A DNA stretch of 64,000 nt from an uncultured delta proteobacterium. Lineage in GTDB: Bacteria; Desulfobacterota; Desulfuromonadia; Geobacterales; Pseudopelobacteraceae. Positions within the stretch are counted from its first letter, which is position 1, and each line of letters opens with the position of its first letter. This document shows, one piece after another, positions 21,051-30,497 of the stretch. The stretch lies in assembly GCA_963772835.1 (NCBI GenBank), contig CAVYYZ010000002.1:320001-384000 (forward strand), in the 5' to 3' direction. The notes below the pieces were generated by a model that was not told where the DNA came from, did no database searches, and saw nothing but the letters and a program-made list of their open reading frames with translations. A program made the position numbers and the translations under genes.

Positions 21051-22002
21051 AACTGCGCTGATTTGTGGCATTTCCGGCCAGGACGGAGCCTACCTTGCCA
21101 GGCTCCTGCTTGAAAAGGGGTATCATGTCCATGGGACGGCCAGAGACGCCCAGATGGCCACCTTTTACAACCTGCTGACGCTGGGCATCAAGGAGAAGCT
21201 GACCTTTCACTCCATGGCACTCAACGATTTCAGGAGCGTCCTGCAGGTGCTGGCAAAGGTCCAGCCAGATGAGATCTACAATCTGGCCGGGCAGAGTTCC
21301 GTCGGACTTTCCTTCGATCAGCCGGTTGAAACGCTGGAAAGTATCAGCGTCGGCACCCTGAACCTGTTGGAGGCGATGCGTTTTATCGCCGCCCCCATGA
21401 AACTGTACAGCGCCGGGTCGAGCGAATGCTTCGGCAACACCGGGGGGGAACCGGCTGATGAGGATACCCCCTTCCGTCCCCGCAGTCCGTACGCAGTGGC
21501 CAAAGCGACCGCCTTCTGGGAGGTGGCCAACTACCGGGAGGCGTATAACCTTTTTGCCTGCACCGGGATCCTGTTTAACCACGAATCTCCTCTGCGACCA
21601 GAGCGCTTTGTTACACAGAAGATCGTTAAGTCGGCCTGCCGTATCGCTGAGGGTAGTCAGGAAAAACTCAATCTGGGTAACATCTCAATCTCCAGGGATT
21701 GGGGTTGGGCGCCGGAATATGTTGAAGCAATGTGGCTTATGCTTCAGCAGGAGAAGTGTGATGACTTTGTTATTGCCACTGCTGAAACCAATACGCTAGC
21801 CAGCTTTGTGGAGGAAGCATTTTTAACTCTTGGCCTCAACTGGCAAGAGCATGTGATCAGTGATCAGTCACTGATCAGGCCTTCGGAAATAATGGTAAGC
21901 AGAGGTAATGCCGGCAAAGCTAAGACCTTACTCGGATGGAGTGCAAAATTCCGTATGCGTGAGGTTGTGAGAATGATGACGAATGATCGACTTAATGCAT
22001 AA
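21043..22002 (+). CDS. Second GMD-family SDR (GDP-sugar dehydratase or Rmd-like reductase)
   Basis: [33 protein letters not shown] at 21043 overlaps the gmd stop. Confidence 0.85.
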   Translation: MAKTALICGISGQDGAYLARLLLEKGYHVHGTARDAQMATFYNLLTLGIKEKLTFHSMALNDFRSVLQVLAKVQPDEIYNLAGQSSVGLSFDQPVETLESISVGTLNLLEAMRFIAAPMKLYSAGSSECFGNTGGEPADEDTPFRPRSPYAVAKATAFWEVANYREAYNLFACTGILFNHESPLRPERFVTQKIVKSACRIAEGSQEKLNLGNISISRDWGWAPEYVEAMWLMLQQEKCDDFVIATAETNTLASFVEEAFLTLGLNWQEHVISDQSLIRPSEIMVSRGNAGKAKTLLGWSAKFRMREVVRMMTNDRLNA

Positions 22003-22048
22003 ATTGAGTGTAGTAATTTGTTTTCCACTGTCCTGATCGGATGATTAC

Positions 22049-23215
22049 GTGAATATCGGCATAAGTTTGGTTGATTTTACACCGGGTCGCATGGGCGGGG
22101 TCGAAACCTACGTCCGCAATCTGGTTTCGTGGCTCGTGGCAAATGACCACGAGAACAGGTACACCCTGATCTGCACGGATCACAATGTTGCCTATTTTAA
22201 CGACATTCTTGACCGCGTCAATACGCTGGTATTTGAAAACGGCAAAAATTCCCCGCGCAGAATTACGCGCAGCCTTGTCAGAAAGGTTTTCCGGGTGGAT
22301 ATGATCCAGACCGGTATTGACCGTCTCGGCCTCGATCTTCTGCATAACCCGCTCACCTATGTCCGTGACAGCAGATCAAAAACCCCTTTAATCGTGACGT
22401 TTCATGACCTCCAGCACCATTATTACCCGGAGTTTTTCAAGGCCAGGGAGATAGAGAGCAGAAACAATAATTATCGCAGGGCCGTTCTTGATGCAGACAG
22501 AATGATTGCCGATTCTGAACATACGAAACAGACTCTTCTGGACAGGTACAATGTTTCCGGAGACCGTGTACAAGTGGTGCTGCTCGGGGTGGACAGCGAA
22601 TACAAACGGATTGATGATCAGGATTTTCTGGACGGGGAAAGAGATCTCCTGGGTTTATCCAGGCCGTTTTTGTATTATCCTGCCGCTACATGGCTTCACA
22701 AAAATCATGCGAATTTGTTGGCAGCAGTAAAAATTCTCAAAAACAACGGCACGTTCGATGGCGAGCTTGTTCTAACCGGAGTCGCCACTTCGGCACGAGA
22801 CGATTTATTGAAAAAAATCGAGGCGCTTGGGCTTCAGAACACGGTTCGCATTCTTGGATATCTTCCCTACGACAAACTTCCGGTGATTTACAACCTGGCC
22901 CGTGTGATGGTATTCCCGTCACTGTTCGAGGGGTTCGGCATGCCGGTACTTGAAGCGATGGCATGCGGGTGCCCCGTTGCCTGCTCAAACGTCACCTCCC
23001 TGCCCGAAGTCGGGGGGGATGCGGTCCGCTATTTTGATCCGGTATCTCCGGAACAGATTGCAGATACCGTCATAAAACTCTGGAATGATGATGCCGCACT
23101 CCTTGAGTTACGAGCAAAAGGAATTGAGAGAGCCGGACTTTTCAGCTGGGAGAAAACAGCCCGGGAAACGCTTGAAGTGTATCGTCACACCATCCGTGAG
23201 TTGAAACAGACATGA
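22049..23215 (+). CDS. GT4 glycosyltransferase
   Basis: HDLQH, HKNH, FEGFGMPVLEAM. Confidence 0.9.
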   Translation: MNIGISLVDFTPGRMGGVETYVRNLVSWLVANDHENRYTLICTDHNVAYFNDILDRVNTLVFENGKNSPRRITRSLVRKVFRVDMIQTGIDRLGLDLLHNPLTYVRDSRSKTPLIVTFHDLQHHYYPEFFKAREIESRNNNYRRAVLDADRMIADSEHTKQTLLDRYNVSGDRVQVVLLGVDSEYKRIDDQDFLDGERDLLGLSRPFLYYPAATWLHKNHANLLAAVKILKNNGTFDGELVLTGVATSARDDLLKKIEALGLQNTVRILGYLPYDKLPVIYNLARVMVFPSLFEGFGMPVLEAMACGCPVACSNVTSLPEVGGDAVRYFDPVSPEQIADTVIKLWNDDAALLELRAKGIERAGLFSWEKTARETLEVYRHTIRELKQT

Positions 23216-23985
23216 ATGCTCCCGCTGTCTCCATAATTACCGTTGTGCGGAATGATGCCGTTCGTTTGCAGCAAACGATAGCAAGTATTTCACGATTCAA
23301 GGGCACACAGACTGAATTCATCGTTATCGACGGCGCGTCAAGCGACGATACGTGTGATGTCATAGCTTCCAACACCCGATTGATTGACAGGGTCACCAGC
23401 GAGCCTGATCACGGTATCTATGATGCCATGAATAAAGGGATTGCGCTCGCCCGCGGCAGATATCTGCTGTTTTTGAATGCCGGCGACGAGCTGCTGATCG
23501 ATGTTGAGCAGATCGTCACGGCGCAGTCTGACTCGCCTGTTCTCATTTACGGCCGTGCAAACATGATAGCACCGGACGGCACAATCCGGTATATTCAGGG
23601 GAAACGCCTTAAGAGCCTCCGACGCTTTTTGAAAGGAATGCCGGTATGTCATCAGGCCATTCTGTATCGCCGCGATGCCATGCTCCAGTACGATCTCCGC
23701 TTTAAAGTTATCAGTGACCGGGTTTTGACATATCACATCGTCAGGACACATGGTCTTGCCGCTACCAGATTTATTAATTGTATTTTTGTGAACTATTTTG
23801 ATGGCGGCTTCAGCGGGAATTACCCTTTCAAGCTTCTGCGCGATGAAGAAAATATTTTTTTCAGAAGTGTCGGTAAATCCTATTACATCACGATCAAAAA
23901 TATTAACGCGCTGTTCAAATATAAGATAAAATACCCTTTGCTGCGGTTATTTCGCAATTCACCCGGCAGGATTCCTGATAAATAA
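23212..23985 (+). CDS. GT2 glycosyltransferase (WcaE-like)
   Basis: SIITVVRN, IDGASSD, GIYDAMNKG, FLNAGD, CHQA. Confidence 0.9.
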   Translation: MNAPAVSIITVVRNDAVRLQQTIASISRFKGTQTEFIVIDGASSDDTCDVIASNTRLIDRVTSEPDHGIYDAMNKGIALARGRYLLFLNAGDELLIDVEQIVTAQSDSPVLIYGRANMIAPDGTIRYIQGKRLKSLRRFLKGMPVCHQAILYRRDAMLQYDLRFKVISDRVLTYHIVRTHGLAATRFINCIFVNYFDGGFSGNYPFKLLRDEENIFFRSVGKSYYITIKNINALFKYKIKYPLLRLFRNSPGRIPDK

Positions 23986-24007
23986 ACATCTGATAGAGGT
24001 TCGTACC

Positions 24008-24775
24008 GTGCCTTCCGAAACACCAAAAATATCAGCATTTGTCATCACTAAAAACGAATCCGGAAAAATCAGGGATTGCCTTACCTCTCTGGACTGGGCT
24101 GACGAAATTGTCGTTGTCGATGATTTCAGCACCGATGCCACTCCTGATATCTGCAGAGAATCCGGAGTGTCTTTTCATCAGCACAGGTTCACCAGCTTCA
24201 GGGATCAGAAAAGCCATGCCATGACACTGGCGGCCAATGACTGGGTGCTGGAACTGGACGCCGACGAGAGGGTCTCCGATGAGATGAGAAGCGCCATTCA
24301 GGCGTTAACAGCAGAGGATTACACAAGGTACGACTGTTTCGAGTTCAAGCGGAAAACCCGCTTCTGGGGGAAATGGATCATGCACTCTTCTTTCTACCCG
24401 GATTACAAGGCCCGGATGTACTGCCGGACGCGAGGAGCCTGGAACGATGTCAACGTGCATGAGCGGTTCATTCCGGACGGTCTGACAAAAAAAGTTGCCG
24501 GCGACATCCTTCATGAGCAGGATCTTGACCTGCATACCTATCTGCAGCGGGTTGCACGGTATGCACACATGTCCGCCGCCGATCTCTTTGCCGGCGGGAA
24601 GCGGGCGGCATGGTACCATGTAGCCGTTCGCCCCCTGATCACATTTTTCAAGCGCTACTTCATCAGACTCGGTTTTCTCGACGGAATTCAGGGATTTGTA
24701 ATTGCTGTCATAGGTGCAATTGGTACATTTTTGAAATTCATGCGATTGTACGAGATACAGAACGAAAAAAAATAA
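24008..24775 (+). CDS. GT2 glycosyltransferase (WaaE/KdtX core glucosyltransferase family)
   Basis: ITKNE, VDDFSTD, LDADE, VHE, GFLDG. Confidence 0.88.
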   Translation: MPSETPKISAFVITKNESGKIRDCLTSLDWADEIVVVDDFSTDATPDICRESGVSFHQHRFTSFRDQKSHAMTLAANDWVLELDADERVSDEMRSAIQALTAEDYTRYDCFEFKRKTRFWGKWIMHSSFYPDYKARMYCRTRGAWNDVNVHERFIPDGLTKKVAGDILHEQDLDLHTYLQRVARYAHMSAADLFAGGKRAAWYHVAVRPLITFFKRYFIRLGFLDGIQGFVIAVIGAIGTFLKFMRLYEIQNEKK

Positions 24776-24802
24776 CGCCACGAAGTATTTCAGGTCAGAG
24801 TA

Positions 24803-25690
24803 ATGGTTATTATCGGTAAAAGAGCCGGACAGCTGGGGAACCGGCTTTTTGTATTTGCCCACATTATTGCAAATGCAATTGAGTACGGGTATGAAGTGCA
24901 AAATCCCAGCTTCTACGGGTATTCTCAATACTTCATGGGTACCAGGAACGACTTTTTCTGCAGGTATCCTTCCCGGATATCCAATATGCTCAGCCCCGCA
25001 CTGCAGGGTTTATTCTACAGGCTAATCAACAAGGCGGTGCTCCCCCTCTCCAGGTTCCGCACGATATCCAGGCTTTTGAACATTGCATTTCTGGATATAA
25101 CCCCTAAAAATCATCAGGCAGATTGCTATGACATGAACAATCCGGATTATATTCACCTGGCGACTTCGAACCGTCTGCTCATAATAAAAGACGCCTGGTT
25201 ATTCAGGGATTTTGTCAATTTAAACAGGCATGCCGACCAGGTTCGTACTTTTTTCACACCGGTTGAAAGGCACTCGTCTGCCGTTTCTAATCTTATTTCC
25301 CGTGCCCGCCATGACTGTGAACTGTTGGTCGGCATACATATCCGACAGGGTGACTACAAACGCTGGCAAGGTGGTAAATACTATTTTACGACACCCGAAT
25401 ATGCTGCCGTTATGAAAAGCTTCGCAATGACAATGCCGGAAAAACGAATAAAATTCCTGATATGCTCAAACGAGGAGCAGGATGAAAGTGTATTTCAAGA
25501 TCTGAATTATGTTATGGGTGACAACCACCAGCTTGAAGATATGTACGCGTTTGCCCGATGCGATTTCCTGATTGGACCTCCGAGCACGTACACGACATGG
25601 GCGTCATTTTATGGTTCAGTACCGCTTTTTACGCTCTCTACCGGCAGTGACGCCGTTTCATCTGACAGGTTCCACATATCTCAAGGGTGA
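24803..25690 (+). CDS. GT11 alpha-1,2-fucosyltransferase-family protein
   Basis: GQLGNRLF, GIHIRQGDY, STYTTWAS. Confidence 0.82.
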   Translation: MVIIGKRAGQLGNRLFVFAHIIANAIEYGYEVQNPSFYGYSQYFMGTRNDFFCRYPSRISNMLSPALQGLFYRLINKAVLPLSRFRTISRLLNIAFLDITPKNHQADCYDMNNPDYIHLATSNRLLIIKDAWLFRDFVNLNRHADQVRTFFTPVERHSSAVSNLISRARHDCELLVGIHIRQGDYKRWQGGKYYFTTPEYAAVMKSFAMTMPEKRIKFLICSNEEQDESVFQDLNYVMGDNHQLEDMYAFARCDFLIGPPSTYTTWASFYGSVPLFTLSTGSDAVSSDRFHISQG

Positions 25691-25884
25691 CCGGTTATTT
25701 TAACCATAAAATGTTACCGGCATATGTATGCAGCCGGAAGAAGTTCGGACAAATAGCTGTGTGTTTGTTGTGGCATGCGTTTCTGCATTTATATTTTCCG
25801 CAGAAAACGATCGTATTGCCGGGTTGACAATGCATTTTCAAGTGGCTGTTACCCGTATGATGACCCGGAAAAGGAGGTATTTCC

Positions 25885-27510
25885 ATGAAGCAATTCATCA
25901 TCAATGACCAATACAATATCGGCTGGAACTGTACCACCAGACAATGCGAGGCCGGTCTTGGCGGCAAGGTGGCCATGCGGTGGCTGTCGCCGCATCAGGA
26001 ACAACGGGATTACACTTTTGAGGAGCTTGATCGTGATTCAGCACGTTTTGCCAATGTGCTCAGCGGTCTCGGGGTTGGACGTGGGGGTGTTTTTTTCACC
26101 TTCCTCCCCAAGATGCCGGAACAGTTCTTCGCCTTTTTAGGAGCTCTCAAGCTTCAGGCAATTGTCGGCACACTGTTTTCAAATTTCGGCGAGGAAGCCA
26201 TTCTGGACCGGGTCGGAGATGCAGGTGCCACGGTGATCATCACGAAGAAAGGGTTCCTGAAGAAGATCTCCCGGATCAGAGACAGGCTGCCGGCACTCCG
26301 CTTTGTCATTGTAGTAGATGCAGAGGAGCATGTTTCGGAGGACATACTCAGCTATTCCCGTTTGATGGAGCAGGCGTCAGACAGTTTCACCGTCACCCCT
26401 ACTCCGCCGGAGACGCCATCGGTACTGCATTACACTTCCGGCTCAACCGGCAAGCCCAAAGGGGTTTTGCATGCCCATCGCAGCATTCTCATGCAGCGGT
26501 TTACCTCAGAAACTGTTCTGGGACTGGCTCCGGACGATATTTTCTGGTGTACTGCCGACCAGGGGTGGGTGACCGGCACTTCCTACGGCATTATCGGCCC
26601 CTGGAGTCTCGGCGTCACTCAGGTACACTTTGGAGGCGGGTATAATGCGGAGGAGTGGTTCAATATCCTGCAGGAGCAAAAAGTAACGGTATGGTATTCA
26701 GCCCCGACCGCATTACGAATGCTGATGAGAGAGGACACCGAACTCTTCGCGCGCTTTGACCTTTCGGCCTTGCGCCATATTTGCAGTGTCGGCGAACCGC
26801 TTAACCCTGAGGTGATCCACTGGGCAAGAAGGACCATCGGCAAGGAAATATACGACACCTGGTTCCAGACCGAAACCGGAGCGATCATGATAGCAAACCG
26901 GCCAGGGCTTGAGATCCGCCCCGGATCAATGGGTGTACCGGTAACCGGAATTGAGCCGGCTGTTATCGCCGATGACGGCACAATCATCCTGGACGGGACA
27001 CCCGGCAATCTCTGCGTGAAGGCGGGGTGGTCCTCCATGTTCACTACCTATCTGAACAACCCTGCAGTCTATGCGAGCAGGATGAAGGAAGGTTATTATT
27101 ACACCGGAGACACCGCCTACCGCGATGCCGACGGTTATTACTGGTTTCAGGGGCGAAGCGACGATGTCATTAATACCGCCGGGCATTTGATCAGCCCGTT
27201 CGAAATAGAGAGCACCCTGATCGAGGTGGCGGAAGTTGCCGAGGCGGGGGTGATCGGAGCACCCGACGAACTACTGTATGAAAAGGTCATAGCCTTCGTT
27301 TCGCTTCACCGGCAGGCGACCTTCACCCGGGAGCTGGAACTGAAAATAAGGCTTCACGTAACCAACAAGCTGTCGTCTGTGGCGACACCCCATGAAATCA
27401 TCTGTGTGGAGTCCGTTCCCAAGAACAAGAGCGGCAAAATAATGAGACGCGTACTTAAAGCCAGGTATCTGGGAACAGATGTCGGTGATATTTCAACGTT
27501 GGAGGATTAA
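25885..27510 (+). CDS. Acetate--CoA ligase-like adenylate-forming enzyme (short N-terminus)
   Basis: HYTSGSTGKPKG, SVGEP, QTETG, GRSDD, PKNKSGKIMRR. Confidence 0.9.
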   Translation: MKQFIINDQYNIGWNCTTRQCEAGLGGKVAMRWLSPHQEQRDYTFEELDRDSARFANVLSGLGVGRGGVFFTFLPKMPEQFFAFLGALKLQAIVGTLFSNFGEEAILDRVGDAGATVIITKKGFLKKISRIRDRLPALRFVIVVDAEEHVSEDILSYSRLMEQASDSFTVTPTPPETPSVLHYTSGSTGKPKGVLHAHRSILMQRFTSETVLGLAPDDIFWCTADQGWVTGTSYGIIGPWSLGVTQVHFGGGYNAEEWFNILQEQKVTVWYSAPTALRMLMREDTELFARFDLSALRHICSVGEPLNPEVIHWARRTIGKEIYDTWFQTETGAIMIANRPGLEIRPGSMGVPVTGIEPAVIADDGTIILDGTPGNLCVKAGWSSMFTTYLNNPAVYASRMKEGYYYTGDTAYRDADGYYWFQGRSDDVINTAGHLISPFEIESTLIEVAEVAEAGVIGAPDELLYEKVIAFVSLHRQATFTRELELKIRLHVTNKLSSVATPHEIICVESVPKNKSGKIMRRVLKARYLGTDVGDISTLED

Positions 27511-27511
27511 A

Positions 27512-27757
27512 ATGGATATTCTGGCAGAACTGACCCCGATTTTCAGAGAAGTCTTTGATGATGACAGCATCGTCATAACCCGGCAGACTACTGCTAACGA
27601 CATTGATGCCTGGGACTCCCTGTCCCATATGAACATGGTGATGGCGGTAGAGGTGAAGTTCGGTATCAGGTTTGCATTGGGAGAACTGCCATCTCTCAGG
27701 AATGTGGGTGACCTGGTTGACCTGACAGCGAAGAGACTGGCAAAAAAACAGTCCTGA
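27512..27757 (+). CDS. Acyl carrier protein
   Basis: 81 aa, WDSLSHM phosphopantetheine site, GGAGG RBS, 1 nt after the ligase stop. Confidence 0.9.
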   Translation: MDILAELTPIFREVFDDDSIVITRQTTANDIDAWDSLSHMNMVMAVEVKFGIRFALGELPSLRNVGDLVDLTAKRLAKKQS

Positions 27758-27813
27758 ACCCTGCGCCTGGCGATGCGCGGCGTGACCATGACTGACGAAG
27801 GAGACGTTGCAGC

Positions 27814-29283
27814 GTGTTATTCAATTCGTACGAATTTATATTATTTTTTCTTCCTGTCACGGTGGGGATTTATTTCCAGTTGAACAGGAAACGGCTGACT
27901 GTGGCCTCCAATGCCTGGCTCCTGGTAGCGTCACTGGGGTTCTACAGCTGGTGGAATGTAAAATATCTCCCCCTTATTCTGCTCTCTATCCTGTTCAATT
28001 ACACCATTGGCTGCCTGTTGGCAGAGTATGATTCACTCAAAAAAAGAATCGTCTCAAAACGGAGTATTTTCATCTGCGGGCTGGCGGGGAACATAGTTTT
28101 TCTGTCCTATTTTAAATACATGGATTTTTTCATCGGCAACATAAATGCGGCCTTCAAGACGGATTTCCCGTTGCTGCAGATCGTTCTCCCCCTCGGAATA
28201 AGCTTTTTTACCATAACCCAGATAGCTTTCCTGGTAGATTGCTATGAAGGTCTGGTGGAAGACCGGAATCTGCTCAGCTACTCCCTGTTTGTCACTTTTT
28301 TCCCTCACCTTCTGGCCGGGCCTATCCTGCATCACAAGGAAATGATGCCCCAGTTTGAATCGGTGCGGAATAAGGTATTGAACTACAGGAACCTGTCCCA
28401 CGGACTGTTTCTGTTTTTTATCGGGCTCTTCAAAAAAATCGTTATTGCCGACGAACTTTCAAAGACAGTCAAGGCCGGGTTCGGCAACGCTGCCAACCTG
28501 AATATGGTGGAAGCCTGGGCCACCAGTCTTTCATACACGTTTCAGCTCTATTTTGACTTCAGCGGATACAGCGACATGGCCATCGGCGTCGCCCTTCTGT
28601 TCAATATTGTACTGCCGGTGAACTTCAACAGTCCGTACAAGGCAACCAATATCATCGACTTCTGGAAACGCTGGCATATGTCCCTGACCAGCTTCATCAC
28701 CACCTATCTCTATTCGCCAATCATGCGGTCATTTCGCAAAATCACCTTTGCAAAATCCATGGTGGCCACCTTTACGGCCATGTTCATCGCCGGAATCTGG
28801 CACGGTGCCGGCTGGACCTTCATCTTGTGGGGGGCGCTTCATGGCGGTGCGCTCGTGGTGAATCATCTCTGGAAAAGGCGAAAACTCGCCATGCCGCCCG
28901 CGCTGGGCTGGTTGCTTACGTTCGGTTTCGTAAATGCGAGCTTCGTCCTGTTTCGTGCCGCTAATGTAGTTGACGCAGGAAATGTGTTGAAAGGAATGCT
29001 CGGACTGAACGGCGTTCTGCCCGCAACCCACCCCTCTTTTGCTTTTGCGGATCTTGGTCATGGACAGTTCTGGAGACTTCTTATGTCGAGTGTTAAAGGG
29101 AGCGATACCACGATCTGGATATTAGTCGTCATCATGCTCTTCACTCTGACATGCAAAAATTCCATCCAATTGGAACAGAATTTCAAACCGTCCTGGAAAA
29201 ATCTGGCATTCGCGGTCGTGATCGGGTTTTACGCTCTTATCAATATGAACAAGGTCAGCGAATTTCTCTACTTCCAGTTTTAG
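27814..29283 (+). CDS. MBOAT O-acyltransferase (AlgI/DltB/PatA family)
   Basis: LPLGISFFT, YFDFSGYSDMA, FWKRWH, GIWHG, C-terminal FLYFQF. Confidence 0.93.
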   Translation: MLFNSYEFILFFLPVTVGIYFQLNRKRLTVASNAWLLVASLGFYSWWNVKYLPLILLSILFNYTIGCLLAEYDSLKKRIVSKRSIFICGLAGNIVFLSYFKYMDFFIGNINAAFKTDFPLLQIVLPLGISFFTITQIAFLVDCYEGLVEDRNLLSYSLFVTFFPHLLAGPILHHKEMMPQFESVRNKVLNYRNLSHGLFLFFIGLFKKIVIADELSKTVKAGFGNAANLNMVEAWATSLSYTFQLYFDFSGYSDMAIGVALLFNIVLPVNFNSPYKATNIIDFWKRWHMSLTSFITTYLYSPIMRSFRKITFAKSMVATFTAMFIAGIWHGAGWTFILWGALHGGALVVNHLWKRRKLAMPPALGWLLTFGFVNASFVLFRAANVVDAGNVLKGMLGLNGVLPATHPSFAFADLGHGQFWRLLMSSVKGSDTTIWILVVIMLFTLTCKNSIQLEQNFKPSWKNLAFAVVIGFYALINMNKVSEFLYFQF

Positions 29284-29363
29284 GCAGTTTACAGAACCGG
29301 CCTTTCTCACATGTGGAGGGAAGGCTCATTGAAGATATGTGAAAGGTGGTTTTTCTGATTACT

Positions 29364-30428
29364 ATGCATGCATACAGAGTATATAAAAAATGGCTGATCC
29401 GACTGATTCTGTCCGTCGCAGTCCCGATGATCCTGCTGGCAATCTTTAATTATGCCATCGATCCGCTCTGGTGTTTTTCCCACAGCATCAGGTTCACGAA
29501 GTACCAGAAACCGTCTAATGAGCGGCAGCAGAAGACCGATTATCTGGAGCATGTCAACACCCGGAAGTATGACGCACTGCTTCTTGGTAACAGCCGCGCC
29601 TGTATGATCAATCAAAATGATCTGTCAGGGGTGCAGGCGTACAATTATTCTCTTGCAGGGTTGACCCCCTACGAATTCCGCGAGTATCTTAACTTTTTCA
29701 AGAAGACCGTCGGGAATCCCGGGACCGTATTTTTGGGGCTGCATTTCCAGAACTCCAACGAGGAGTCGAAGGCTGCTGCCGAACCGCCTGAGTATTATAT
29801 AAAAAAGGCTCAATCCCCTTTGTACCGGTTCAAGATTTTGTTTACTAAAGATACGTTCACCTATTCCTACGAGAATCTGCTGTTAGATAGAGGTATCCGT
29901 AAAAACAGTTTCAGTGGTTATTTATATGATCATGACAACATTGCAACGCTGTTCAAGGCTAATGAAACAAAGAGGCAGAATTCTATCAGGGATGAAGTAG
30001 CTGATCTTCGGAAATCCTACCGTAACGGGTATACTTACAGGGAGGATCTGGCACAGTCACTGACAGAACTCAAACAGGAGAATTCAGGCACAAGATTCAT
30101 TCCGTTCACCACACCGGTATCGGAGCCTTATTTCTGCGCAATGGTGCTGGAAGGGAGATTCCCTCAGTACGAAAGATGGCTGAGGGAAATGGTCGGGGTG
30201 TTCGGCCAGGTATGGCATTTCGAATATTTGAATTCCATTACCCTGAATTATGACAAGAACTTCAGCGACAGCCACCATTTTTTCCCCCCGGTCGGGACGA
30301 TGATCGCCCACCGTCTTACCGGAATGGCTGATGACAATACCCCGGTTGATTTCGGGATACTTCTCACGAAAGAGACCATCGATGAACAATTGGCAAAAAT
30401 AAAAGCTGACAGTGCTGTGTGTCGATAG
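29364..30428 (+). CDS. Membrane-anchored periplasmic SGNH/DltD-like acyltransferase partner
   Basis: N-terminal TM followed by NYAIDP, LLGNSR (GxS nucleophile block), FSDSHH (DxxH); start uncertain (29346 or 29364). Confidence 0.7.
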   Translation: MHAYRVYKKWLIRLILSVAVPMILLAIFNYAIDPLWCFSHSIRFTKYQKPSNERQQKTDYLEHVNTRKYDALLLGNSRACMINQNDLSGVQAYNYSLAGLTPYEFREYLNFFKKTVGNPGTVFLGLHFQNSNEESKAAAEPPEYYIKKAQSPLYRFKILFTKDTFTYSYENLLLDRGIRKNSFSGYLYDHDNIATLFKANETKRQNSIRDEVADLRKSYRNGYTYREDLAQSLTELKQENSGTRFIPFTTPVSEPYFCAMVLEGRFPQYERWLREMVGVFGQVWHFEYLNSITLNYDKNFSDSHHFFPPVGTMIAHRLTGMADDNTPVDFGILLTKETIDEQLAKIKADSAVCR

Positions 30429-30497
30429 TATGTTGCTGAAATCGATACGTATTACCAACCAAACAGATGACGATATACGCAAAGGTATTTAATATTT

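Noticed and set aside
25885..27757. Ligase + ACP as an NRPS/PKS secondary-metabolite cluster
   Set aside because: No condensation, ketosynthase or thioesterase domains; the neighbours are MBOAT and glycan genes
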